A DNA stretch of 64,000 bases, taken from NCBI GenBank assembly GCA_963665325.3, contig OZ224045.1:1152001-1216000 (forward strand), written 5' to 3'. Position 1 is the first letter of the stretch. Each line of letters begins with the position of its first letter. Both the position numbers and the translations under genes were made by a program. The notes below the pieces were generated by a model that saw nothing but the letters and a program-made list of their open reading frames with translations, did not search any database and had not been told where the DNA came from. Source of the stretch: Alphaproteobacteria bacterium (GTDB taxonomy: Bacteria; Pseudomonadota; Alphaproteobacteria; Bin95). Below, in pieces: positions 11,504 through 20,661 of the stretch.

Positions 11504-11989
11504 ATGCGCCTTGCCGTGATCGCTGTCGGCCGGATGCGGGGCGATCCGGCGGCGGCGGTGTTCGAACGCTACCGCAAGCGGTTGCGCGCGCCGCTCGCGC
11601 TCACGGAAGTCGAGGTGGCAGCGGGGCCGGCGCGGGCCCGGCGCGAGGGCGAACGCCTGCTCGCGGCCGTGCCGGCCGGCGCGGCGGTCGCGGTGCTGGA
11701 CGAGGGCGGCGAGATGCTCTCGAGCGAGGGGTTCGCCCGACGCCTTGGAAGCTGGCGCGACGGCGGGCGGCGGGATTGCGCGTTCCTGATCGGCGGCGCC
11801 GACGGGCATGGGGAAAATGTCATGTCGAAGGCCGACTTCCGCCTCTCGCTCGGCGCGATGACATGGCCCCATCTTCTGGTCCGCGCTATGCTGGCCGAGC
11901 AGCTCTACCGGGCGGAGACGATCCTCGCCGACCATCCGTATCACAGGGCCGGACGCAAGCCCGCCTTCCGCAGCAGCGTCTGTCGATGA
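11504..11989 (+). CDS. rlmH: 23S rRNA (pseudouridine1915-N3)-methyltransferase
   Basis: FLIGGADG, MTWPHLLVRAMLAEQLYRA, HPYHR. Confidence 0.95.
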   Translation: MRLAVIAVGRMRGDPAAAVFERYRKRLRAPLALTEVEVAAGPARARREGERLLAAVPAGAAVAVLDEGGEMLSSEGFARRLGSWRDGGRRDCAFLIGGADGHGENVMSKADFRLSLGAMTWPHLLVRAMLAEQLYRAETILADHPYHRAGRKPAFRSSVCR

Positions 11990-12074
11990 TGCGGCGGCGC
12001 GGCGTGCGACGCCTACGCATTCCGGGCCGGCCGAACCTCCGCATCGGCCGGTCGAGAAAGGACAGGTAACCGTC

Positions 12075-13316
12075 ATGGTCATTCGCTTTCTGGCCATCCT
12101 TGCCTTAGCGGCCTTCGCCGGCGCAGCTGCGGCGGAGGAGGATGACAACTACGAACAGATCTCGCTGTTCGGCACTGTGCTGGAACGGATACGGGCGGAC
12201 CATGTGGCCGAGCCCGAGGTCGAGGCGCTGATCGAGGCGGCCATCAACGGCATGCTGTCTTCGCTGGACCCTCATTCGGCTTATCTGTCGCCGCGCAGCT
12301 TCAAGGAAATGCAGGTCCAGTCGAAAGGGGAATTCGGCGGGCTCGGCATCGAGGTCACGATGGAAAACGGCCTCATCAAGGTGGTTTCGCCCATAGACGA
12401 CACGCCCGCCTTCAGGGCCGGCCTCAAGCCCGGGGACCTGATTACCCATATCGACGACGAGGTCGTGCTGGGCCTCACGCTCAGCCAGGCGGTGGACAAG
12501 ATGCGCGGACCGGTCGACGCGCCGATCACGGTTACCGTCAGGCGCGAGGGCGAGGCGCCCTTCGATGTCACCATCGTGCGGGCGGTGATCCAGATCCAGT
12601 CCGTCCGCCGCCGCGCCGAGGACGATGTCGGCTATGTCCGCATAACCTCCTTCAACGGCAACACGCTGACCGGCGTCGAAAACGCCGTCTCCCGCCTGAA
12701 GGAGGAGATCGGCGAGGGGCTGAAAGGCTATGTGCTCGACCTTCGCAACAATCCGGGCGGGCTGCTGGACCAGGCGATTTCGGTCTCCGACGCATTCCTG
12801 GAGCGGGGCGAGATCGTATCCACCCGGGGCCGGGACAAGGATTCCGCCCAGCGCTTCAATGCCAAGCCGGGCGATATCGCCGGCGGCCTGCCGCTGGTGG
12901 TTCTCATCAACGAGGGCTCGGCGTCGGCGTCGGAGATCGTGGCCGGCGCGCTTCGGGACCATCGCCGCGCGATCGTCATGGGCATGGGCTCCTTCGGCAA
13001 GGGGTCGGTGCAATCCATGATCCCGATTACCGGCCACGGGGCGTTGAAGCTCACCACGGCGCGCTACTACACGCCGTCGGGGGTGTCGATACAGGGCAAG
13101 GGCATCGAGCCCGACATCGAGGTGAAGCAGGCGGTGCTGTCCCCGGTCGAAGGCAGGCGCCGGGTGCGCGAGGCGGACCTTCCCGGCACGCTTGACAAGG
13201 TCGAACCGCCGGAGGGCGACGAGGAGCAGAAGCCGGCCGAGCGTTCCGACTACCAGTTGACGCGCGCGCTCGACCTCCTGCGCGCGCTGGCGTTCTACAG
13301 CAGCGCCTCGCACTAG
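12075..13316 (+). CDS. ctpA: S41 carboxyl-terminal processing protease
   Basis: Signal peptide, PDZ (GGLGIEV), DLRNNPGG, SASASEI, FGKGSVQ. Confidence 0.93.
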   Translation: MVIRFLAILALAAFAGAAAAEEDDNYEQISLFGTVLERIRADHVAEPEVEALIEAAINGMLSSLDPHSAYLSPRSFKEMQVQSKGEFGGLGIEVTMENGLIKVVSPIDDTPAFRAGLKPGDLITHIDDEVVLGLTLSQAVDKMRGPVDAPITVTVRREGEAPFDVTIVRAVIQIQSVRRRAEDDVGYVRITSFNGNTLTGVENAVSRLKEEIGEGLKGYVLDLRNNPGGLLDQAISVSDAFLERGEIVSTRGRDKDSAQRFNAKPGDIAGGLPLVVLINEGSASASEIVAGALRDHRRAIVMGMGSFGKGSVQSMIPITGHGALKLTTARYYTPSGVSIQGKGIEPDIEVKQAVLSPVEGRRRVREADLPGTLDKVEPPEGDEEQKPAERSDYQLTRALDLLRALAFYSSASH

Positions 13317-13319
13317 CTG

Positions 13320-13817
13320 GTGAACGTCCGTCCGCCTGCGGGCTACCGGGCCAATGTCGGGATCGTGCTGGTCAATTCAGCCGGCGAGATATTCGTAGGC
13401 CGGCGCCGCGATACGCCCGATGCATGGCAGATGCCGCAGGGCGGGATCGATGCGGGCGAGACGGTACGCGCCGCCGCGGCGCGCGAACTCTCCGAGGAGG
13501 CGGGAACGAACAAGGCCGAGCCGGTCGCCGAGACGCAGGACTGGCTTACATACGACCTGCCGAGAGGCTTGGCCCGACGCCTCTGGGGCGGGCGCTACAG
13601 GGGACAGGCCCAGAAATGGGTGCTGATGCGCTTTACGGGCGCCGACGCCGATATCGACCTGTTCCGGCACAAGCCGCCGGAATTCGATGCCTGGCGGTGG
13701 GTTTCGGTCCCGGAACTGCTGGCCAGCATCGTCGCCTTCAAGCGCCCCGTCTACGAACAGGTGCTCGCCGCCTTCGCCGACGATCTGGAGCTTCTGCGGG
13801 AACAAGGCAGCGCATAG
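13320..13817 (+). CDS. rppH: RNA pyrophosphohydrolase (Nudix)
   Basis: YRANVG, WQMPQGGID, RELSEEAG, YRGQAQKW. Confidence 0.93.
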   Translation: MNVRPPAGYRANVGIVLVNSAGEIFVGRRRDTPDAWQMPQGGIDAGETVRAAAARELSEEAGTNKAEPVAETQDWLTYDLPRGLARRLWGGRYRGQAQKWVLMRFTGADADIDLFRHKPPEFDAWRWVSVPELLASIVAFKRPVYEQVLAAFADDLELLREQGSA

Positions 13818-13922
13818 GGGCAGCGGCCGCGCCCCTTGTTGACCCGCCCAGTCGGAGCGGGTTTGATCCTCGCGGTTTTTCCGAGGGTTGCGCGGTTGCA
13901 TCCTCGTAAGTGGAGGACACAC

Positions 13923-14714
13923 ATGACCCGGCGCATCGTCGATATTTCCGTTCCGCTGAAGGCGGGCATTGCGAGCGACCCGCCGCATATGCTGCCGGAG
14001 ATCGACTATCTCGATCACCACGACACCGCCCCCGCCATGGCCGAATATTTCGGCGTCGGCGTGGACGCCCTGCCGGATGGCGAGTATGCGGCGGTCGAGA
14101 ATGTGCGCATCTCCACCCATAACGGGACGCATCTGGACGCCCCCTGGCATTTCTTCTCGACGATGAACCACGCGCTGAAGGCAGGCGGCGAACCTTCCTG
14201 GCGGATCGACGAGGTGCCGCTGGAGTGGTGCTTCCAGCCGGGCGTCAAGCTGGATTTCCGCCATTTCGACGACGGCTATGTGGTGCAGCCGGAAGATATG
14301 GAGGCGGAGCTGGACCGTATCGGCCATGCGCTGCAGCCGCTGGAAATCGTGCTCGTAAACACCCGCGCGGGCTCGCGCTACGGGGAGGAGGATTTCATTC
14401 ATGCCGGCTGCGGCGTGGGCAAGGCGGCAACGCTCTGGCTGCTGGAGCGGGGCGTGCGCGTCACTGGCACCGACGGCTGGAGCTGGGACGCGCCTTTCTC
14501 GTGGACGAAGGAACGGGTGCAGGAAACGGGGGACGCCGGCCTGATCTGGGAAGGCCACCGGGCCGGGCGCGAGATCGGCTATTGCCACCTGGAGAAACTC
14601 AGCAATCTCGAAACCCTGCCGGCGGACGGCTTCCAGGTCGCCTGCTTCCCGGTCAAGGTGCACCGCGGCTCGGCCGGCTGGACGCGGGCCGTCGCCATCC
14701 TGGACGGAGGCTGA
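13923..14714 (+). CDS. cyclase-family (kynurenine formamidase-like) metal hydrolase
   Basis: HNGTHLDAPWH motif, GTDGWSWD. Confidence 0.88.
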   Translation: MTRRIVDISVPLKAGIASDPPHMLPEIDYLDHHDTAPAMAEYFGVGVDALPDGEYAAVENVRISTHNGTHLDAPWHFFSTMNHALKAGGEPSWRIDEVPLEWCFQPGVKLDFRHFDDGYVVQPEDMEAELDRIGHALQPLEIVLVNTRAGSRYGEEDFIHAGCGVGKAATLWLLERGVRVTGTDGWSWDAPFSWTKERVQETGDAGLIWEGHRAGREIGYCHLEKLSNLETLPADGFQVACFPVKVHRGSAGWTRAVAILDGG

Positions 14715-14715
14715 G

Positions 14716-15474
14716 ATGGGCTTCGCCGACTCCCTGCGGCTGGACGGCAGGACGGCCGTCGTAACCGGTGCCGGGCGCGGACTCGGCCGGGGTTGCGCGC
14801 TGGCGCTGGCGGAACTGGGCGCGCATGTCGTGGCGGCGGCGCGCTCGGCCGGCGAACTGGAGGATCTGGCGGCCGAAATCCGCGCAGACGGCGGCACCGC
14901 CGAAGCCGCCGTGCTGGATGTCACCGACAGCGACGCCGTGCGGCGGCTCTTTGCCGGCCTCCCGCGGGTCGATGTGCTGGTCAACAATGCGGGCTGGAAC
15001 CGGCCCCAGCACATATTCGAGGTCGAGGAGGCGGTGCTTGACGCCATGCTCGCCCTCAATGTCAAGGCGGCCTTCATCGCCGCCCAGGCCGCGGCGCGGC
15101 GCATGGCCGAGGCGGGCGAGGGCGGCGCCATCGTCAACATGTCCTCGCAGATGGGGCATGTCGGCGGACCCGAGCGCACGGTCTATTGCGCGACCAAGCA
15201 CGCGCTGGAAGGCATGACCAAGGCGATGGCCATCGAGCTGGCGCCGCACCGCATCCGCGTGAACACGGTGGGACCGACCTTCGTCGAGACGCCGCTTGCC
15301 GGGCCCTTCCTGCAGAACCCCGAATTTCGCGAATTCGTGCTGGGCAGCATCCCGCTCGGCCGGTTGGGCGAAGTTGCGGAAGTGGCAGCGGCGGTGGCCT
15401 TCCTCGCGTCTCCGGCCGCCTCGCTGATTACCGGGACGAGCCTGCTGGTGGACGGGGGCTGGACCGCGAAGTAA
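14716..15474 (+). CDS. short-chain dehydrogenase/reductase
   Basis: TGAGRGLG, VNNAG, YCATK. Confidence 0.92.
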   Translation: MGFADSLRLDGRTAVVTGAGRGLGRGCALALAELGAHVVAAARSAGELEDLAAEIRADGGTAEAAVLDVTDSDAVRRLFAGLPRVDVLVNNAGWNRPQHIFEVEEAVLDAMLALNVKAAFIAAQAAARRMAEAGEGGAIVNMSSQMGHVGGPERTVYCATKHALEGMTKAMAIELAPHRIRVNTVGPTFVETPLAGPFLQNPEFREFVLGSIPLGRLGEVAEVAAAVAFLASPAASLITGTSLLVDGGWTAK

Positions 15475-16051
15475 GCGCCGCAACCCGCGCCTGAAGTTCG
15501 GGCACGACCTCCGCCTCGAACCAGGGGTTGCGCTTCAGCCAGTTATTGACACGCCAGCTCGGATGCGGAGTGGGCAGGAAGTCGGGCAGGTAGCTGCGCC
15601 ATGCCGCCACGGTCTCGCCGAGCGTGCGCTTGCGCCGTTTCCCGAGATAGCGTGCCTGGGCATAACTTCCGGCGAGCACGGTGAGTTCGACCGCCGGCAG
15701 TTCGGCGCGCAGGCGCGGATGCCAGAGCGGGGCGCATTCCGGCCGGGGCGGGGCGTCGCCGCCGCGCGGCAGCCGGCCCGGATAGCAGAGGCCCATCGGC
15801 AGGATCGCCACCCGGCCCGCATCGTAGAAGTCCTCCGGCGCAAGACCCAGCCAGGCGCGCAGGCGCTGGCCGCTGGGATCGTCCCAGGGAACGCCGCTCG
15901 CGTGGACCCTGGTGCCGGGCGCCTGACCGACGATCATCACCCGCGCGGTCGCTTCGGCGCGCAGTACGGGCCGGGGCCCGAGCGGCAGATGTTCGGCGCA
16001 AAGGGTGCAGGCGCGCACCTCTTCCAGCAGCGCCCCAAGTCGTCCGCTCAA
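15428..16051 (-). CDS. uracil-DNA glycosylase family protein
   Basis: CTLC, IVGQAPG, WDDPSGQRL, PHPSWR; TTG start overlapping the thpR stop. Confidence 0.85.
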   Translation of the reverse strand: MSGRLGALLEEVRACTLCAEHLPLGPRPVLRAEATARVMIVGQAPGTRVHASGVPWDDPSGQRLRAWLGLAPEDFYDAGRVAILPMGLCYPGRLPRGGDAPPRPECAPLWHPRLRAELPAVELTVLAGSYAQARYLGKRRKRTLGETVAAWRSYLPDFLPTPHPSWRVNNWLKRNPWFEAEVVPELQARVAALTSRSSPRPPAGSSR

Positions 16052-16596
16052 GGTGTGAACGCCTCGCCGCCGAAGGGGTAGCGGACCTCCTCGCGATAGA
16101 CCGGCGCCTCGCCGCCGAGCCGGCTCGACATGAGCGAGAAGCCCTCCACGGCGAAGGCGGGCAGACGGAAGGCGCCGCGATCCTCCAGCCAGGCGGCAAC
16201 GGCGCCGGGCCTCGCGCCCGCTGTGCGGGCGAGGGTGACATGCGGTGCGTATTTGCGCTCTTCCGGAGGAAGGCCGGCTCGCACGAGCGCCGATTCGACG
16301 CGCCGCCTGAGCGCGGTCAGCGGTTCCGCGCCGGCGACACCGGCCCAGACGAGACGCGGGCGCGCGCCGCCGAAGCTGCCGAGCGACTGGATCGCCAGTT
16401 CGAAGCCCTCGCTGTCCACATGCGAGAGCGCCTCGGCCAGTTCCTCCGCGAAAGCGCTGTCCACCTCGCCGATGAAGCGCAGCGTCAGGTGGTAGTTCTC
16501 CTCGGGCGACCAGCGCGCTCCGGGAATTCCGCCGGAGAGGCGGGCCAGCTCGCGGCGAACGCTCTCCGGAAGGAGTATGGCGGCGAACAGGCGCAA
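16048..16596 (-). CDS. thpR: RNA 2',3'-cyclic phosphodiesterase (2H family)
   Basis: MRLFAAI start; two HxT motifs (YHLTL, PHVTL). Confidence 0.9.
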   Translation of the reverse strand: MRLFAAILLPESVRRELARLSGGIPGARWSPEENYHLTLRFIGEVDSAFAEELAEALSHVDSEGFELAIQSLGSFGGARPRLVWAGVAGAEPLTALRRRVESALVRAGLPPEERKYAPHVTLARTAGARPGAVAAWLEDRGAFRLPAFAVEGFSLMSSRLGGEAPVYREEVRYPFGGEAFTP

Positions 16597-16607
16597 ATCC
16601 GGCCCAA

Positions 16608-17747
16608 CTACTCGAACAGCGTGATGACGCCCGTATAGCCGTAGATTCGCCCGCCCGAGAACTCGCCATTGGCGAAGAAGCCGGCGAGCGGCAGGTCGCC
16701 GACCTCCTCGCGGACGATCTCGAGTTCGCGGTCCTCGCTGCCGAACATGTGCGGGCCGCGCGCGAGGCAGGAGACATAGACACCGCCCTGCGCCGGCCCG
16801 GAGAGGCGGGCCTTCGCGCCGCGCAGCATCCGGCGCAGGTCCGCTTCGGCTGCAGCCGGGTCGCGGCGCACGAAGATCAGGCGCTCGCCGGGGTCGATCA
16901 GCGCGCCGAGCGCAACGATGCCGTCCTGCGCGTCGAGGCCGATGATGTTACGGACCAGGTAGTCGGCCTCGGAGGAGCCCGGCACCGGCCGGGCGGCGTG
17001 GAGCCAGGGCGCCGCCTCGCGGATGCGCGCGACCGTATTGAAGCCGAGGTCGCTGCAGAGCACGTCGAAGGCGGGTTCCCCGTCGATCTCGACCACGAGA
17101 TTGTTGTGCGAGCGCGTGACCGTGCGCGCCGGCCCGATGGGCGTGCAGCCCTGGCTGAGCCCGGAGACGACCCTGACCGCCTCGCCGAAGACCAGGCCCG
17201 AGACCACCCCTTCCTCGACCGTGCCTGCTAGCTGTGCCGTGCGGCCTTCCGCCGAGGCGATGCCGCCGACAGTGAATGCACCCAGCGTTTCCGAAAGGTC
17301 GGCGACGATTTCTCCCATGCTCTGGTTGCGCGGGTCGGCGTGGAGCAGCGCTGTCGTGCGCGCCTGTCCGGCGGCCCATCCGGCAAGGCCCGCGCCCGCT
17401 TCTCCCGCGTCGTCCCGGACGCCGGGCACCAGCCGCACCGCGGCCTGCGGGAAGTCGAAGGCCGCCGCCGCGACCGCCGGACGGCCGAATGCCGCACGGC
17501 CCGTGCCGCAAACCCCCATACCGACTGTGCCGGCCCAGTCCGTAATGCCGGTATCGGCCGTCAGCGCCTCGACGATTTCGGGCAGTCGGTCGGCCACGTT
17601 GTCGCTGACATAGACGACGCCGGTTGTGGCTGTGCCGCCGGCTTCAGCCAATGCCGCCCGGACCTGGCCCAGCGCCTCCTGCCAGTCTCTGCCTTCGCCG
17701 AACCCGGCTGCTATCGCCGCCGGAGTGCCCTGTCCTGAGCCGCTCAT
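16608..17747 (-). CDS. FIST domain signal-transduction protein
   Basis: SQGCTPIG, YLVRNIIG, YVSCLARG, GFFANGEF. Confidence 0.88.
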   Translation of the reverse strand: MSGSGQGTPAAIAAGFGEGRDWQEALGQVRAALAEAGGTATTGVVYVSDNVADRLPEIVEALTADTGITDWAGTVGMGVCGTGRAAFGRPAVAAAAFDFPQAAVRLVPGVRDDAGEAGAGLAGWAAGQARTTALLHADPRNQSMGEIVADLSETLGAFTVGGIASAEGRTAQLAGTVEEGVVSGLVFGEAVRVVSGLSQGCTPIGPARTVTRSHNNLVVEIDGEPAFDVLCSDLGFNTVARIREAAPWLHAARPVPGSSEADYLVRNIIGLDAQDGIVALGALIDPGERLIFVRRDPAAAEADLRRMLRGAKARLSGPAQGGVYVSCLARGPHMFGSEDRELEIVREEVGDLPLAGFFANGEFSGGRIYGYTGVITLFE

Positions 17748-17748
17748 G

Positions 17749-18429
17749 CTACCCGCCTCGCTCCCGGCCGCTGTCGCCGGGCGCCTTTGAAGATAGTGCC
17801 AGCAGCCGCTTGACGTAAGTCTTCAGGCGGCCGGCGATTTCGGCGACGCCGCGCGCGTTGGGATGGATTCCGTCCGGCTGGTTGAGCAGCGGGTCCGCTG
17901 CCGCGCCGTCCAGGAGGAAGGGGTAGAAGACCACCTCGTAGCGCGTGGCAAGCCGGGGAAAGAGGCTGTCGAAGGCCTCCGTATAGGCCCTGCCCAGATT
18001 GCGCGGCGCCTTCATGCCGGCAAGCAGGACGGGAATGCCCTCGGCCGCCAGACGGTCGAGAATGGCAGCGAGCGAGGCCTCGGTCTCCGCCGGGTCGAGG
18101 CCGCGCAGCGCATCGTTGCCGCCGAGCGCCACGACGGCATGGCTCGGCCGGTCGGCGAGCATCCAGTCGAGGCGCGCAAGCCCGCCCGCCGCCGTGTCCC
18201 CGGAAACGCCGCCGTCGAGCACGGTCGCTGTCACGCCGTCCACGCTCAGCATCCGCTGCAACCGCGCCGCCAGGCCGTCCTCGGGCGCGAGGCCATAGCC
18301 TGCCGTAATTGAATCGCCCAGCAGCAGCAGGCGCGCCTCCGCTGCTGTGGCGCCCGATGTGTGGAAGAGCGCTGTGGCGAGAATGGCGAGGCGGACACAT
18401 AGGCGGGCGGGCATGGAGCAGCTTTCCAT
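17749..18429 (-). CDS. tesA: arylesterase / SGNH hydrolase (TesA-like)
   Basis: LGDSITAGYG, GVSGDT, LGGND, DGIHPN; signal peptide; divergent from ybbA/ybbP. Confidence 0.88.
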   Translation of the reverse strand: MESCSMPARLCVRLAILATALFHTSGATAAEARLLLLGDSITAGYGLAPEDGLAARLQRMLSVDGVTATVLDGGVSGDTAAGGLARLDWMLADRPSHAVVALGGNDALRGLDPAETEASLAAILDRLAAEGIPVLLAGMKAPRNLGRAYTEAFDSLFPRLATRYEVVFYPFLLDGAAADPLLNQPDGIHPNARGVAEIAGRLKTYVKRLLALSSKAPGDSGRERGG

Positions 18430-18541
18430 CGGGCGGTCCGTCCGACGATAACCCCGACCCTGACGATTGCTGAGGCGACGGTCAATCTCCTGTACTATCT
18501 CGGTCCGATGGCATTGCTTGATCAGAAAGGAAGATATCCGC

Positions 18542-18721
18542 GAGATTTTTCCATGGTCCTTCGAATGGAAAGGATTTTTCCATTGCCTAGATAGATGGAA
18601 AAATTCCAGAGAGATTTTTCCATAGTCCTTCGAATGGAAAGGATTTTTCCATTGCCTAGATAGATGGAAAAATTCTAGAGAGATTTTTCCATGATCTTTC
18701 GAATGGAAAGGATTTTTCCAA
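18542..18721. repeat. ~2.6 tandem copies of a 69-bp AT-rich unit made of alternating TTTCCAT/ATGGAAA half-sites
   Basis: Units start at 18542, 18611 and 18680; 11 half-sites in alternating orientation; ends just before the Fic ATG at 18723. Confidence 0.95.
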
Positions 18722-18722
18722 G

Positions 18723-19892
18723 ATGTCCGCCGAGCGCCGTCCGGGACGCCACATAGAGACCGTCGCCTTTGGCGAGACGGTCCGCGCGTTCGTGCCAGCA
18801 CCGCTGCCCCCAGACCCGCCGCTCCATCTCCATCCTCTTCTCAACAAGTTGGCCGATGCCGAGCGGAAGCTCGGGGCGTTGGATGCGATTTCCGACCTTC
18901 TGCCCGATCCGGAACTGTTCCAATACATGTATGCCCGCAAGGAAGCCGTGCTGTCATCGCAGATCGAAGGCACGCAATCCACCCTAACGACCTTGCTGCG
19001 CGCCGACGCCGAAGGAAGAACCCGCCCGCTGAACGACGACCTTCGGGAGGCTTTCAACTACACCGCGGCCATGGACTATGTCCTTGAACGGCTCGAAACC
19101 CTGCCCCTGTCGCTGCGGCTGATCCGTGAAGCGCACGAACAGCTGATGCAAAGCGTGCGCGGTTTCCAGGCGACCCCAGGCGAGTTTCGGCGCTCGCAAA
19201 ACTGGATCGGCGGCACGCGGCCCGGAAATGCGCGCTTCGTGCCCCCGCCGGTCCCGGAGATGCACGAGTGCCTGGACCGTTTCGAACGCTTCATACATAC
19301 AGAGACGCCCGACATGCCGCCTATTGTCCAAGCGGCCCTGCTGCACCATCAATTCGAAACGATCCACCCCTTTCTCGACGGCAATGGCAGAGTCGGTCGA
19401 TTGTTGATCGTCCTCTTCCTCTGCGCGCGCGGCGTCCTGCGCCGCCCGATCCTCTACCCAAGCCTTTACTTCAAGAGACGCAGAGACGAGTACTACGCCG
19501 GGCTTCAGAACGTGCGCGACCATGGCGACTGGGAAAGCTGGATCGCCTTCTTCCTCGAAGCTGTCGCTGAGAGTGCCGCCCATGCATTGGACATGACGCG
19601 CCGCATTCGGGCGATGTTCGAGGAACATCGCGGAACCATTGTCGGCGAGGGCGGTGCACGCGCCTCTTCTGCGCTGCGTGTGCATGACGCGCTCTGCCGC
19701 CGTCCATTCGCGTCGGTGTCGGACCTTGCCAGCGCCGCGCAACTCAGCAGGCCGACGGTTCGGAGTTGCCTGGAACGCCTCTCCGGGTTGGACCTCGTTC
19801 GGGAGGTCACTGGTGCGTCCTACGGCCGGCTGTATAGTTACTATCCCTATGTCGCGCTTCTCGACGAGGATTCCGATCGGCCCTTTGCGTGA
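18723..19892 (+). CDS. Fic family protein with N-terminal extension and C-terminal HTH
   Basis: Fic motif HPFLDGNGRVGR, inhibitory SSQIEG motif, C-terminal SVSDLASAAQLSRPTVRSCLERL HTH. Confidence 0.93.
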   Translation: MSAERRPGRHIETVAFGETVRAFVPAPLPPDPPLHLHPLLNKLADAERKLGALDAISDLLPDPELFQYMYARKEAVLSSQIEGTQSTLTTLLRADAEGRTRPLNDDLREAFNYTAAMDYVLERLETLPLSLRLIREAHEQLMQSVRGFQATPGEFRRSQNWIGGTRPGNARFVPPPVPEMHECLDRFERFIHTETPDMPPIVQAALLHHQFETIHPFLDGNGRVGRLLIVLFLCARGVLRRPILYPSLYFKRRRDEYYAGLQNVRDHGDWESWIAFFLEAVAESAAHALDMTRRIRAMFEEHRGTIVGEGGARASSALRVHDALCRRPFASVSDLASAAQLSRPTVRSCLERLSGLDLVREVTGASYGRLYSYYPYVALLDEDSDRPFA

Positions 19893-19983
19893 TTACCGGC
19901 CAATGCGGCATCCGGCGCGTTGAACGGGGCGGTTGCCGGGCCATATCCGTCGGGAGGAATCGGCCGGAAGAGAAAGCGCGCGC

Positions 19984-20661
19984 ATGGCAGGCTCGGACTG
20001 GGCGGTGGAGCTGGAGGATGTCCACCTCACTCTGGTGAGCGCCGCCGGGCCGGTCAATGTCCTGCGCGGCATCGACCTTGCGGCGGTGCCCGGCGAAACC
20101 CTCGCCGTGGTCGGCCCGTCCGGGTCCGGCAAGACCTCGACCCTGCTGGTGGCCGCCGGGCTGGAACGGGCCACGCAGGGCCGGGTGGCGGTCGCTGGGC
20201 AGGATCTAGGCGGGATGTCCGAAGACGAACTCGCCATGCTGCGGCGCGAGCGGATCGGCATCGTGTTCCAGTCCTTCCACCTTATGGCGACGATGACGGC
20301 GCTCGAGAATGTCGCTGTGCCGCTGGAACTCGCCGGGCGGCGCGATGCGCTGGACCGGGCGCGCGCCTGTCTTGAGGCGGTCGGCCTCGGCGCGCGCACC
20401 GGGCATTATCCGGGCGAGCTTTCGGGAGGCGAGCAGCAGCGGGTCGCGATAGCCCGCGCCTTCGGGCCGGCGCCGGCGGCGATCTTCGCCGACGAGCCGA
20501 CCGGCAATCTCGACGGCGAGACCGGCCGCCGCGCGCTCGACGCGCTGTTCGGCCTCGCGGCGGACGGCGGAACCACGCTGATCCTCGTGACCCACGATCC
20601 CGACCTCGCCGCGCGCTGTGCGCGCCAGGTTCGGATCGAGGACGGGCGCATTGCGAGCTGA
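19984..20661 (+). CDS. ybbA: ABC transporter ATP-binding protein (YbbA-like)
   Basis: GPSGSGKT, LSGGEQQR, DEPTGNLD; tesA/ybbP context. Confidence 0.85.
   Translation: MAGSDWAVELEDVHLTLVSAAGPVNVLRGIDLAAVPGETLAVVGPSGSGKTSTLLVAAGLERATQGRVAVAGQDLGGMSEDELAMLRRERIGIVFQSFHLMATMTALENVAVPLELAGRRDALDRARACLEAVGLGARTGHYPGELSGGEQQRVAIARAFGPAPAAIFADEPTGNLDGETGRRALDALFGLAADGGTTLILVTHDPDLAARCARQVRIEDGRIAS

Noticed and set aside
18542-18721. Possible mini-CRISPR array
   Set aside because: The intervening segments are only 5-15 nt and themselves repeat with the 69-bp period; there are no unique spacers and no cas genes in the window.
18430-18801. N-terminal extension of the tesA ORF with repeated WKNPFHSKDHGKIS peptides
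   Set aside because: It arises from reading through the 69-bp (23-codon) DNA repeat; the signal peptide places the real start near 18414-18429.
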